Both the position numbers and the translations under genes were made by a program. Shown piece by piece: positions 6,757 through 15,441 of a DNA stretch of 19,362 nucleotides. The notes under the pieces were generated by a model. That model searched no databases. It was not told where the DNA came from and saw nothing but the letters and a program-made list of their open reading frames with translations. The DNA is taken from positions 1-19,362 of the forward strand of contig JAZDOG010000003.1 in assembly GCA_043798915.1 (NCBI GenBank), written 5' to 3'. Numbering within the stretch: the first letter of the stretch is position 1; every line of letters begins with the position of its first letter. The DNA comes from Pseudomonadota bacterium (GTDB taxonomy: Bacteria > UBA10199 > 2-02-FULL-44-16 > JAAZCA01).

Positions 6757-7305
6757 ATTCGACCATCATTTTTGGACACGAGGCGTGAGCGCAGGGATGA
6801 GCTCCGGGTGAACAGGCGGATAAGGGTGCCGGAGGTAAGGCTCCTGGGCGAGGATGGCGAACAGCTAGGAGTCTTCGCAACATATGAAGCGATCCGGCGC
6901 GCGGAAGAGGCGGGCCTCGATCTCGTGGAGATCTCGCCGGCGGCCAAACCGCCGGTTTGCAAGATCATGGACTACGGCAAGTACAAGTACGAGCAGCAGA
7001 AGAAGAAGCACGAGCAGAAGAAACACCAGGTGGTGGTCAAAATAAAAGAGATAAAGATGCGCGCCGCCACCGACGAACACGATTTTCAGACGAAGCTGCG
7101 CCACATCAAACGGTTTCTCGAGGAGGGGGATAAGGTCAAAATATCCATCCGCTTCCGTGGCCGCGAGATGGCGCACATAGACCTCGGCCAAGGGCGGATG
7201 AAGAAGGTGGTCGAGGAGTTGAGGGGTGTGGGCGAGGTAGAGAGCTTCCCGAAGATGGAGATGCGGCAGCTCTTCATGATGCTTGCCCCGGCGAAGAAAA
7301 AATGA
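6757..7305 (+). CDS. infC: Translation initiation factor IF-3, ATT start codon
   Basis: [38 protein letters not shown] and GDKVK...RFRGRE. AAGGAGGT is followed 6 nt later by an in-frame ATT at 6757. Confidence 0.97.
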   Translation: MRPSFLDTRRERRDELRVNRRIRVPEVRLLGEDGEQLGVFATYEAIRRAEEAGLDLVEISPAAKPPVCKIMDYGKYKYEQQKKKHEQKKHQVVVKIKEIKMRAATDEHDFQTKLRHIKRFLEEGDKVKISIRFRGREMAHIDLGQGRMKKVVEELRGVGEVESFPKMEMRQLFMMLAPAKKK

Positions 7306-7315
7306 ATTTTCTGGT

Positions 7316-7391
7316 TGTCATTGCGAGCGAAGCGAAGCAATCCCTCTGATGCCGAGAGATTGCTTCGTCGCTGCCGCTCCTCGCAATGACA
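7316..7391. repeat. Palindromic repeat element (TGTCATTGCGAG...CTCGCAATGACA), copy 1
   Basis: 12-bp terminal inverted repeat with inner stem cgaagcaatc/gattgcttcg. Its reverse complement shares 34 identical nt with 14390-14423. Confidence 0.92.
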
Positions 7392-7417
7392 TACTAACTA
7401 TTGAGAGGAGAATACAG

Positions 7418-7615
7418 ATGCCAAAATTGAAGACGAGAAAGGGTGCTGCAAAGCGCTTCAAAAAACTGAAGTCCGGCAAGATCAAGAGAAAGAGGTCGAA
7501 GCTCCGTCACATACTGTCGTCCAAGACGCGCAAACAGAAGAGCAGGCTGCGTTCCAGGGCCTATGTGCACAAGGCCGATCAGAAAAAAGTGGCGCGGTTG
7601 CTGATAGGGCAATAG
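7418..7615 (+). CDS. rpmI: 50S ribosomal protein L35
   Basis: [15 protein letters not shown]...GKIKR...LRHIL; GAGGAG SD precedes ATG 7418. Confidence 0.97.
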   Translation: MPKLKTRKGAAKRFKKLKSGKIKRKRSKLRHILSSKTRKQKSRLRSRAYVHKADQKKVARLLIGQ

Positions 7616-7642
7616 TTTATTGAAATAATGGGTACGCCTTTT

Positions 7643-7705
7643 GTCATTCCTGCGAAAGCAGGAATCTCATTGTATCCACGGGATTCCCGCTTTCGCGGGA
7701 ATGAC
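7643..7705. repeat. Palindromic repeat doublet (GTCATTCC-GCGAAAGC-GGAATC type)
   Basis: gtcattcctgcgaaagcaggaatc (7643-7666) and gattcccgctttcgcgggaatgac (7682-7705) are inverted copies, and each is a hairpin. Confidence 0.9.
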
Positions 7706-7759
7706 GGAGTGAAGGCTCAATAATAGACACATTTTTCTTGGGATGAGAGGAGAAGGGAT

Positions 7760-8110
7760 ATGCCAAGAGCTAAAAGAGGTTTTAAGAGACGCCGCGCTGT
7801 GAAGAAGGTCCTCAAGGCGGCAAAGGGATACCATGCGTCGAGACATCGTCTGGTGCGCACCGCCAAAGAGGCGGTCGATCACGCGCTCCAGTACGCCTAC
7901 GTCGGCCGCAAGCTGAAGAAGCGCAGCTACCGCGGCCTGTGGCAGACGCGCATCGCGGCTGCGGCGAAGGCACAGGGCACCTCCTACAGCCGTTTGATGG
8001 GAGGGCTCAAGAAGAAGAGCGTGGAGCTGGACCGCAAGATGCTCTCCGAGCTTGCGATCCATCACCCGACGGATTTCGCCGCAATAATCGAGTTGGCGAA
8101 AACAGCCTGA
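7760..8110 (+). CDS. rplT: 50S ribosomal protein L20
   Basis: MPRAKRG, AKGY, YAYVGRKLKKRSYRGLWQTRI and LDRKMLSELA. Confidence 0.98.
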   Translation: MPRAKRGFKRRRAVKKVLKAAKGYHASRHRLVRTAKEAVDHALQYAYVGRKLKKRSYRGLWQTRIAAAAKAQGTSYSRLMGGLKKKSVELDRKMLSELAIHHPTDFAAIIELAKTA

Positions 8111-8143
8111 AAGCAGCTGACAGCTTCTTTACAAAGGTTCCTT

Positions 8144-9172
8144 ATGAAGGAACGTCTTCTTCAAGAGATCGCGGAGATCAAGGCAGAGGCGGAGGGTGAG
8201 CTGAAGAGCCTCGCCGATGCCGCCGCTGCGGAGGCGTGCCGGGTCAAATACCTCGGGCGCAAGGGCAGGGTCACATCGATCCTCAAATTGCTCTCCGGGC
8301 TCGACCAGGAGAGCCGTCCCGCCGTCGGCAGGGAGATCAATATCCTCAAGTCGATGCTGGAGGGCGAGCTCCGCGAGGTCTCCGAGAAATTAAAAAAGAC
8401 GGAGCAAGGTGCGAGCCTTGCGGCCCATCGCCTGGATATCACGCTGCCGGGACGCAGGGTCAAGGCAGGCCACCGCCATCCGCTGATGAAGGTGATGCGC
8501 GAGGTGGTGGAGATATTCACCGACATGGGTTTTTCGGTCCACACCGGCCCCGAGATCGAGAGCGACTACTACAACTTCGAGGCGCTCGGCGTCCCACCGG
8601 ACCATCCGGCCCGCGACATGCAGGACACATTTTACGTCGATGGCAACCGCCTCCTGCGCACCCACACCTCGCCGGTGCAGATACACGTTATGGAGGCACA
8701 CAAGCCGCCGATCTTCGCGGTCTTCCCCGGCGCTGTCTATCGCCGCGACAACGACGTCACCCACTCGCCGATGTTCCATCAGGTGGAGGGGCTCGTCGTC
8801 GACAGGCACATCACGATGGGCGACCTGAAGGGCATTCTCTCGACGTTCTGCAGGAAGATGTTCGGGGGGAGGCTCAAGGTCCGCTTCAGGCCGAGCTACT
8901 TTCCGTTCACGGAACCATCCGCCGAGGTCGATATACAATGCGTGATGTGCGACGGCACCGGCTGTCGCATCTGCAAGGGGAGCGGTTGGCTCGAGATCCT
9001 GGGCTGCGGCATGGTCGATCCTGTCGTCTTCGAAGCGGTAAAGATCGATTCCAGGCGCTACAGCGGCTTCGCGTTCGGGATGGGCGTCGAGAGGATAGCG
9101 ATGCTCAAGTACGCGATAGGCGACATAAGATTCTTCTTCGAGAATGACATGAGGTTTCTGGAACAGTTTTGA
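8144..9172 (+). CDS. pheS: Phenylalanine--tRNA ligase alpha subunit
   Basis: HPARDMQDTFY, LLRTHTSPVQ, HSPMFHQVEG, RFRPSYFPFTEPS, GFAFGMGVERIAML, and a CxxC..CxxC insert. Confidence 0.99.
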   Translation: MKERLLQEIAEIKAEAEGELKSLADAAAAEACRVKYLGRKGRVTSILKLLSGLDQESRPAVGREINILKSMLEGELREVSEKLKKTEQGASLAAHRLDITLPGRRVKAGHRHPLMKVMREVVEIFTDMGFSVHTGPEIESDYYNFEALGVPPDHPARDMQDTFYVDGNRLLRTHTSPVQIHVMEAHKPPIFAVFPGAVYRRDNDVTHSPMFHQVEGLVVDRHITMGDLKGILSTFCRKMFGGRLKVRFRPSYFPFTEPSAEVDIQCVMCDGTGCRICKGSGWLEILGCGMVDPVVFEAVKIDSRRYSGFAFGMGVERIAMLKYAIGDIRFFFENDMRFLEQF

Positions 9173-9196
9173 TAGCTTGTTGGAAAAATCAAAAAT

Positions 9197-11257
9197 ATGC
9201 GCGTACCTCTTGAGTGGTTAAAAGATTTCGTCGATGTCAGGGTGAAGCCAGAGAGGCTCTCTCATCTTCTCACCATGGCCGGCCTTGAGGTGGAGAGGAT
9301 TGAACGCGTCGGCACCGACACGATCTTCGAGATCGGGCTCACGCCCAACAGGGCCGACTGCCTTTCGATCATGGGGGTTGCACGCGAGATCGCCGCCCTC
9401 ACGGGCGCCAAACTCAAGCTCCCGGTTTTCAAAGCGCCGCGCGGGTCTGGAAAGATGGCGAGCGCCGCGCGGATCGCCGTAAAGCATCCGCGCCAGTGCC
9501 CGCGCTACACGGCCAGGGTAATCGAAGGCGTGAAGATATCTTCGTCGCCGGGCTGGATCGTGAAGAGGCTGGCCGATTTCGGCGTGCGATCGATCAACAA
9601 CGTCGTCGACGCGACGAACTACGTGATGCTCGAGACGGGACAGCCGTTGCACGCCTTCGATCTCCGCTTCCTCCGCGGCGGACGCATCGTCGTCCAGAAG
9701 GCCGGGAAGGAGCTTTCCTTCGGGACGCTCGACGGCGTGGAGAGAAACCTGCTGGAGGACGATCTGCTCATATGCGACGGCGAAGGACCGGTCGCGCTCG
9801 CCGGCGTGATGGGCGGCGATAATTCAGAGGTCAGACAATCCACGACCTCTGTCCTCCTCGAGAGCGCATTCTTCGAGCCGACATCGATCAGGCGCACCTC
9901 CAGGCGGCTTGGGGCTACATCTGAATCGTCCCGTCGCTTCGAGCGCGGCGTCGACCCGAACGGAACCCTTGCAGCGCTCCACAGGCTCACGCAGGTGATC
10001 CTAGACACCGCCGGCGGTACGCCGACGGCTGATTGGGTCGATATCTATCCAAAAAAGGTTTTTCCGAAGCGCGTGGCCCTTGCCGAGACAGAGGTGGAAC
10101 GGATACTCGGGATGAAAGTCGGGGTCAAAAAGTCGGCGGAGATACTTTCGCGGCTTTGCTTTGCCGCGCGCTCGTCGCGCGGGAAGATATCGGTTTCGGT
10201 TCCGACCTTCCGCCCCGACATCCTGCGCCCGATCGACCTGATCGAGGAGATCGCGCGCGTGGCCGGCTATGACTCCATACCGGAGAGCATGCCCGTTGCG
10301 CGCATCGCGCCGCTTGTGCGCCCGAGATTTTTAAAAGAGGAAGAGCTCTCGCGCGAAGCGCTTGTCGGCGCCGGCCTCACCGAGGCGGTCATCTACGGCT
10401 TCACGTCGGCCGAGAGCCTCGAGCCCTTCGCGGGGACGACCTCCGGGGAGGTGGGCATCACCAATCCCCTCTCTGCCGAGCAGGGGGTCATGCGCACGAC
10501 GCTCCTGCCGGGGCTTCTGGATGCGCTCAAACTCAACGCGAGCCGTCAGTGCACCGACTGCCGTCTCTTTGCGCTTGCCCGCGTCTATAGCCGCCCCATG
10601 TCTATCGGCCCATCCGAGGAGCCGCGCCATGTGGCGGGCGTGATGGCCGGTAGGCGCTTCCCCTCGGGATGGGAACGCTCGCGCGAGCCCCTGGATTTTT
10701 ATGATGCGAAGGGCGTGGTGGAGACGCTCTTCGATGCGCTCGGCGTCGGGCGCCTGGCGATATTCCAGCGCGGAGAGGCCGGGAGTTTCCTTCACCCTGG
10801 CTCCTTCGCATACGTCATCTGCGGCGGAAAGAGGATCGGTTTTGTGGGACAGCTGCATCCCGATGTGTGCGCCAGGTGGGAGCAGGAGCGGGAGATATTC
10901 GTCTTCGAGCTCAAATTCGAGCAACTGGCCGAGCTGGCGACGGCGGAGGCACCCAGGTTTTCCGAGCTCTCGCGCTATCCGTTCGTTCAGAGGGACCTGG
11001 CGGTCGTCGTGCCGGACCGCATCCCTGCGGTGGAGGTGGAGAAAGTCATCTTCGATGCAGGCGTCGATATCGTTTCGAGCGTTCGCATCTTCGACGTCTA
11101 TCGCGGCAACGGCGTGGCCCAGGGGCACAAGAGCCTGGGGCTCTCGCTCATATTAGCCAGGAACGACCGGACGCTCACGGACGAGGAGACGGAAGCTGCA
11201 CAGGAGAAAGTCGTGGACGCGCTCAAACAAAAGCTGGGTGCTGTGCTCAGAACGTGA
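9197..11257 (+). CDS. pheT: Phenylalanine--tRNA ligase beta subunit (lacks the B2 OB-fold domain)
   Basis: LTMAGLEVE is followed directly by LTPNRADCLS; also INNVVDATNYV, RFERGVD, DLIEEIAR and a C-terminal anticodon-binding domain (RDLAVVV..FDVY.G..RTLTD). Confidence 0.98.
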   Translation: MRVPLEWLKDFVDVRVKPERLSHLLTMAGLEVERIERVGTDTIFEIGLTPNRADCLSIMGVAREIAALTGAKLKLPVFKAPRGSGKMASAARIAVKHPRQCPRYTARVIEGVKISSSPGWIVKRLADFGVRSINNVVDATNYVMLETGQPLHAFDLRFLRGGRIVVQKAGKELSFGTLDGVERNLLEDDLLICDGEGPVALAGVMGGDNSEVRQSTTSVLLESAFFEPTSIRRTSRRLGATSESSRRFERGVDPNGTLAALHRLTQVILDTAGGTPTADWVDIYPKKVFPKRVALAETEVERILGMKVGVKKSAEILSRLCFAARSSRGKISVSVPTFRPDILRPIDLIEEIARVAGYDSIPESMPVARIAPLVRPRFLKEEELSREALVGAGLTEAVIYGFTSAESLEPFAGTTSGEVGITNPLSAEQGVMRTTLLPGLLDALKLNASRQCTDCRLFALARVYSRPMSIGPSEEPRHVAGVMAGRRFPSGWERSREPLDFYDAKGVVETLFDALGVGRLAIFQRGEAGSFLHPGSFAYVICGGKRIGFVGQLHPDVCARWEQEREIFVFELKFEQLAELATAEAPRFSELSRYPFVQRDLAVVVPDRIPAVEVEKVIFDAGVDIVSSVRIFDVYRGNGVAQGHKSLGLSLILARNDRTLTDEETEAAQEKVVDALKQKLGAVLRT

Positions 11258-11316
11258 TAATATCACCCGGGTGCGGGCCGTTCAGACATGAACAGCCTGC
11301 CCGGAAGGGAGGAAAT

Positions 11317-11610
11317 ATGACGAAGGCAGAAATCATTGAGCAGATATACGAGAAGGTGGGCTTTTCCAAGAAAGAGTCCGCTGAGATTGTCGAGATGGTA
11401 TTCGACACTATGAAAGAGACCCTGGAGAAGGGCGAGAAGATAAAGATATCCGGTTTCGGCAATTTCGTCGTCCGCCAGAAGCGCCCGCGCATCGGCCGTA
11501 ACCCGCAGACGGGCGAGGAGATCGAGATATCAGCGCGGCGCGTGCTCACGTTCCGGCCGAGCCAGGTGCTCAAGACTGCGCTCAACAAGGATGAGGGCGC
11601 GGCGGTTTGA
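11317..11610 (+). CDS. ihfA: Integration host factor alpha subunit
   Basis: MTKAEI, KISGFGNF..RQK.PRIGRNPQTGEEIEISARRVLTFRPSQ.LK; GGAGG SD; canonical position after pheT. Confidence 0.95.
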   Translation: MTKAEIIEQIYEKVGFSKKESAEIVEMVFDTMKETLEKGEKIKISGFGNFVVRQKRPRIGRNPQTGEEIEISARRVLTFRPSQVLKTALNKDEGAAV

Positions 11611-11630
11611 ATTGCGGTGAGGAGGCCATT

Positions 11631-12119
11631 GTGGAAAAGACTCGAGGGGCCAGGGGTGGAGGCGTCGTCATTCCGAACAAGCTCTACTTCCGCATCGGGG
11701 AGGTGAGCGATCTCGTCGGCGTGAAGCCATACGTCCTGCGCTATTGGGAATCTGAATTCCCGGACATCAAGCCCACCAAGTCCAAGTCAGGGCAGAGGCT
11801 CTACAAGCGGCGCGACGTCGAGATGCTGGTCAAGGTCAAGGGGCTGCTCTACGATGAAAGGTTCACGATCAACGGGGCGCGAAAGCGCCTGAAGGACATC
11901 GGCAGGACGGATGGGAGGGAATCCTCTCATTCGGCCGAGACAGAGGCCGTTCTCCCTCGTCAGCTGGAGGTCTTCCACGTGGAGGCCGCCGATCCGGAGG
12001 AGCGCAGCAAGAAGGAGCCATCCCGCGATGAGGTGAAGGCGGCGCGGGAAAGCTCCAAGGTATTGATTAAGATACGCCGTGATCTGGAGTCGATCCTCGA
12101 GGAGATTCACGACGGATGA
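11631..12119 (+). CDS. MerR-family HTH transcriptional regulator (ihfA-linked type)
   Basis: IPNKLYFRIGEVSDLVGVKPYVLRYWESEF..GQRLY..FTINGARKRL; GAGGAGG SD precedes GTG 11631. Confidence 0.92.
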   Translation: MEKTRGARGGGVVIPNKLYFRIGEVSDLVGVKPYVLRYWESEFPDIKPTKSKSGQRLYKRRDVEMLVKVKGLLYDERFTINGARKRLKDIGRTDGRESSHSAETEAVLPRQLEVFHVEAADPEERSKKEPSRDEVKAARESSKVLIKIRRDLESILEEIHDG

Positions 12120-12140
12120 GTGCGCGGTCGTCCTGCCAGC

Positions 12141-12216
12141 CGGGGCGTAGCTCAGCCTGGACTAGAGTGCTTGCTTGGGGTGCAAGAGGTCAGGGGTTCG
12201 AATCCCCTCGCCCCGA
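12141..12216 (+). tRNA. tRNA-Pro(GGG), CCA not encoded
   Basis: Acceptor stem CGGGGCG/CGCCCCG, anticodon arm CTTGC-TTGGGGT-GCAAG, T arm AGGGG-TTCGAAT-CCCCT; usual position after ihfA-merR. Confidence 0.96.
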
Positions 12217-12284
12217 CTGGCTCGATGACCGCTTTTTTTTTCTGGCTCGGCCGCTTCGTCAAACTTCAAAAGAGGGTTAAAGCG

Positions 12285-12962
12285 GTGATCAACCTGCTCA
12301 GGACGATAAGGGATGACTTTTCGATGGTGTTCGAGCGCGATCCGGCGGCTCGATCGAAGCTCGAAATCATCCTTTGCTACCCCGGTTTACATTCTCTTAT
12401 ATTACATAGAGTTGCAAATGTATTGTGGAACCATCACTTAAAGCTATTTGCGCGCATGCTCTCGCACTTCTCACGTTGGATAACCGGCATCGAGATCCAT
12501 CCCGGGGCGAAGATCGGCAAGCGGTTCTTCATCGACCACGGCATGGGGGTGGTCATCGGCGAGACGACGGAGATAGGCGATGACGTCATGCTCTATCAGG
12601 GCGTGACCCTCGGCGGGACCAGCTGGACCAAGGGCAAGCGACACCCGACGCTCGAAGACAGGGTTGTGGTGGGCGCCGGGGCCATCGTCCTGGGCCCCAT
12701 AAGCATAGGGCATGACAGCCGCATCGGTTCGTCTTCGGTCGTCGTTCACGATGTTCCGCCTTTTTCCACGGTCGTCGGCATACCTGGCAAGGTGGTTCAT
12801 CGCCGCGAGCCGATAGTGACAGATGAGGGCGAGCACCACTACGACCTGCAGCATGCCACGCTCCCCGACCCCTTCGGCGACGCCATCGAGGGCCTGCGCC
12901 GCAGCGTGGACGAGCTGAGCTTGAGGCTTGTGGAAGTAGAGCGAATGGTTGAGAAGGAATAG
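12285..12962 (+). CDS. cysE: Serine O-acetyltransferase (start approximate, GTG 12285)
   Basis: RDPAARS.LE...[42 protein letters not shown] and hexapeptide repeats. Confidence 0.95.
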   Translation: MINLLRTIRDDFSMVFERDPAARSKLEIILCYPGLHSLILHRVANVLWNHHLKLFARMLSHFSRWITGIEIHPGAKIGKRFFIDHGMGVVIGETTEIGDDVMLYQGVTLGGTSWTKGKRHPTLEDRVVVGAGAIVLGPISIGHDSRIGSSSVVVHDVPPFSTVVGIPGKVVHRREPIVTDEGEHHYDLQHATLPDPFGDAIEGLRRSVDELSLRLVEVERMVEKE

Positions 12963-12964
12963 AA

Positions 12965-14035
12965 GTGTCCATGTCGCGCCAATCGAAAAAAATCCTTGTG
13001 GGCATGAGCGGCGGAGTCGATTCCTCCGTCGCCGCTGTCCTTCTGGCGAAGCAGGGCTTCGAGGTCGCAGGCGTTTCTCTGAATCTCCTCTCGTGCGATC
13101 GCCAGATCGAGCGCAGCTGCTGTGCGCCAGAGGACCGGATGGATGCGCGCGAGGTCTGCGCACAGATGGGTCTCGGGCATTCCGTCGTCGACTGCCGCTT
13201 GCTCTTCAGAGAGGCTGTGATCGATCCGTTTGTGAGCGAATATCTCCGCGGCCGCACGCCATCCCCATGCATCATCTGCAACGAGAGGGTGAAATTTCAG
13301 GCGCTCCTCAAGGAGGCCGATCGACAGGGTGCGCGTTACATCGCCACAGGCCACTATGCCAGGATCGCAGGCGGCGAGTCGTTCAGACTGCTCTGTGCGG
13401 AGGCGCGCGAGAAGGATCAGTCGTACTTTCTCTTCAGGATGAATCAGGAGGAACTTGCGAGGACTATCTTTCCGCTGGGCGCCATGACGAAAGGCGAGGT
13501 GAGGAAGACGGCATCCGAGTTCGGGCTCGCCACGCGCGACAAGCCCGAAAGCCAGGAGGTCTGCTTTGTCCCGGATGGCGATTGCGCGGCGTTTTTGGAG
13601 GCGCGCGAAGGATCCTCAATCAAGGGGCCCGGGAATTTTATCGATGCGCGCGGGCGCGTCCTCGGCCGACACCGCGGGATACACGCCTACACGATAGGCC
13701 AGCGCCGCGGACTTGGGTTTGGAATAGGCAGGAGGCAATACGTCGTGAGGATCGACCCTGAGAAAAATGAAATTGTCCTCGGCAGCGACAAGGAACTCCT
13801 GTGTTCGGAGATGACGGTGCGCGACGTCTCGTGGGTGGCCGGGAAGCCGGGAGTCCTCACGGAAGCCACAGTGAGGATCAGGTCGACGCATGCCGGAGAG
13901 AAAGCGGAGCTGTCTGCCGATGAGGATGGATGCATCCGCGTGAGGTTTGAAAGGCCGGTGCGCGCGATCGCCCCCGGCCAGGCGGCCGTGTTCTATCGCG
14001 AGGACGAGGTGATGGGGGGAGGGTGGATCGAATGA
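12965..14035 (+). CDS. mnmA: tRNA 2-thiouridine(34) synthase MnmA (start GTG 12965 or ATG 12971)
   Basis: PP-loop MSGGVDSSVAA, TPSPCIICN, ATGHYA, KDQSYFL, ESQEVCF, YTIGQRRGLG and APGQAAVFY. Confidence 0.98.
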   Translation: MSMSRQSKKILVGMSGGVDSSVAAVLLAKQGFEVAGVSLNLLSCDRQIERSCCAPEDRMDAREVCAQMGLGHSVVDCRLLFREAVIDPFVSEYLRGRTPSPCIICNERVKFQALLKEADRQGARYIATGHYARIAGGESFRLLCAEAREKDQSYFLFRMNQEELARTIFPLGAMTKGEVRKTASEFGLATRDKPESQEVCFVPDGDCAAFLEAREGSSIKGPGNFIDARGRVLGRHRGIHAYTIGQRRGLGFGIGRRQYVVRIDPEKNEIVLGSDKELLCSEMTVRDVSWVAGKPGVLTEATVRIRSTHAGEKAELSADEDGCIRVRFERPVRAIAPGQAAVFYREDEVMGGGWIE

Positions 14036-15441
14036 AGCGCGTCGCATTCATAACGCTTGGCTGCAAGGCCAACTGGGTCGACGGCGAGGAACTCGCCGCC
14101 GTCTGTCGTCGCGCTGGCCTTGCCGTCGTCCCGTTCGCCGATGAGGCGGATGCCTATGTCGTCAACACCTGCACGGTGACCGCCGTAGCGGACCAGCAGT
14201 CTCGCCAGCTCCTCCGCAGGGCTCGGCGACAAAATCCGGGTGCGCTGGTCGTTGCCACAGGTTGTCTTGGCGAGGTGGACGCATCCGCCATCGAGGCGAT
14301 CCCTGAGGTGGACCGTGTATTTGGCACATCCGATCGTGGGGAGATGCTTGAATATTTATTTGAGAGGCTTGGGTTCGAAATCGGAATGGTGTCATTGCGA
14401 GGAGCGGCAGCGACGAAGCAATCCCTTGGAGTCAAAGAGATTGCTTCGCTCCCGTCGGTCGCTCGCAATGACAGCAATGAGTTTTTCCAATCCCGCGCCC
14501 GGGCATTTCTGAAGATTCAGGACGGCTGTGATCGGCACTGTGCGTATTGCATCGTCCCGCGCGCGCGCGGCCTCGCGAGGAGCGTCCATGCCGGCGAGAT
14601 CGTCGATTCGTGCATTGCCCTTTCGCGTCATCACAGGGAGATTGTCCTCACCGGCATCGACATAGGGCAGTATCGCGATGAGGAGTGCGGCGATCTTCCG
14701 GGCCTCCTTGAGAGGTTGCTTTCAACGGATGGCCTGCCGCGGATAAGGATCAGCTCGATCCATCCGACGGTCGTGGACGGGCGGCTCCTGAGGTTCTTAT
14801 CATCGCCGGGAAAGATGTGCCGCCATGTGCACCTATCGATCCAGAGCTGTTCGGACACGGTGCTCAAAAGGATGGGCCGCAATTATTCGGCGGACGATGT
14901 GGCTCGGGCCGTATCCTCTCTCGTGGACGCTGTCCCCGGCATCGCTGTGACATGCGACCTGATCGCTGGCTTTCCGGGCGAAAGCGAGGGGGATCACCGC
15001 AGCACAGTTTCATTATTATCATCTTTGCCTCTTGCAGGCCTGCACGTATTTCCGTATTCTCTCCGCCTCGGCACGAGGGCGGCGGGGATGGATGGACAGG
15101 TGGCGCCCGGGGAGCGCAGAATGCGGGCGGCTGAAATCAGGACCATCGGGGCGGAGGCGAGGCGAAGGTTTCTGGATTCATTCATCGGAGAGGCGCTCGA
15201 TGTGATCGTCACATCGAGCGAACCGGATGCGGATGGCGCTGTATCGGCCTTCTCCGACAACGCAATTTCGATCGCACTTCCGGCCGACATCATCGGCTAC
15301 GGTGATATGGGCCGGGCGATCATAACCGGGGCCTCCGGCCTCAAGGCAAAGGGCAAATGGGATTCTCATCAGATGAAAAGGCGCTCTTCAAGCGCTTCGA
15401 AGAGCGGCTCGGCTATAAATTCAAGCGCAGGGAGCATCTGA
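14032..15441 (+). CDS. mtaB: MiaB/MtaB-family radical SAM tRNA methylthiotransferase, most like MtaB; carries an in-frame repeat insertion
   Basis: UPF0004 cysteines TLGCK.N, VNTCTVT and ATGC; radical SAM motif FLKIQDGCDRHCAYC; HVFPYS.R.GT.AA. ATGA overlap with the mnmA stop. Confidence 0.88.
   Translation: MKRVAFITLGCKANWVDGEELAAVCRRAGLAVVPFADEADAYVVNTCTVTAVADQQSRQLLRRARRQNPGALVVATGCLGEVDASAIEAIPEVDRVFGTSDRGEMLEYLFERLGFEIGMVSLRGAAATKQSLGVKEIASLPSVARNDSNEFFQSRARAFLKIQDGCDRHCAYCIVPRARGLARSVHAGEIVDSCIALSRHHREIVLTGIDIGQYRDEECGDLPGLLERLLSTDGLPRIRISSIHPTVVDGRLLRFLSSPGKMCRHVHLSIQSCSDTVLKRMGRNYSADDVARAVSSLVDAVPGIAVTCDLIAGFPGESEGDHRSTVSLLSSLPLAGLHVFPYSLRLGTRAAGMDGQVAPGERRMRAAEIRTIGAEARRRFLDSFIGEALDVIVTSSEPDADGAVSAFSDNAISIALPADIIGYGDMGRAIITGASGLKAKGKWDSHQMKRRSSSASKSGSAINSSAGSI
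14390..14473. repeat. Palindromic repeat element, copy 2, in frame within mtaB
   Basis: TGTCATTGCGAG (14390-14401)...CTCGCAATGACA (14462-14473), 84 bp, in the opposite orientation to copy 1. Confidence 0.92.

Noticed and set aside
7283..7417. Extended L35 N-terminus (CHCERSEAI...)
   Set aside because: It is the translation of the palindromic repeat; the real start with an SD is at 7418.
8111..8143. Possible pheM-type attenuator before pheS
   Set aside because: The gap is only 33 bp, with no Phe-rich leader peptide or convincing terminator.
10867..11316. Long N-terminal extension of ihfA
   Set aside because: Alternate frame of pheT; SD and ATG at 11317 give a normal-sized IHF subunit.
12217..12249. 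8-bp direct repeat CTGGCTCG after tRNA-Pro as a possible att site
   Set aside because: Too short, not a duplication of the tRNA 3' end, and no integrase nearby.
12120..12284. cysE ORF extension
   Set aside because: It runs through the tRNA-Pro gene.
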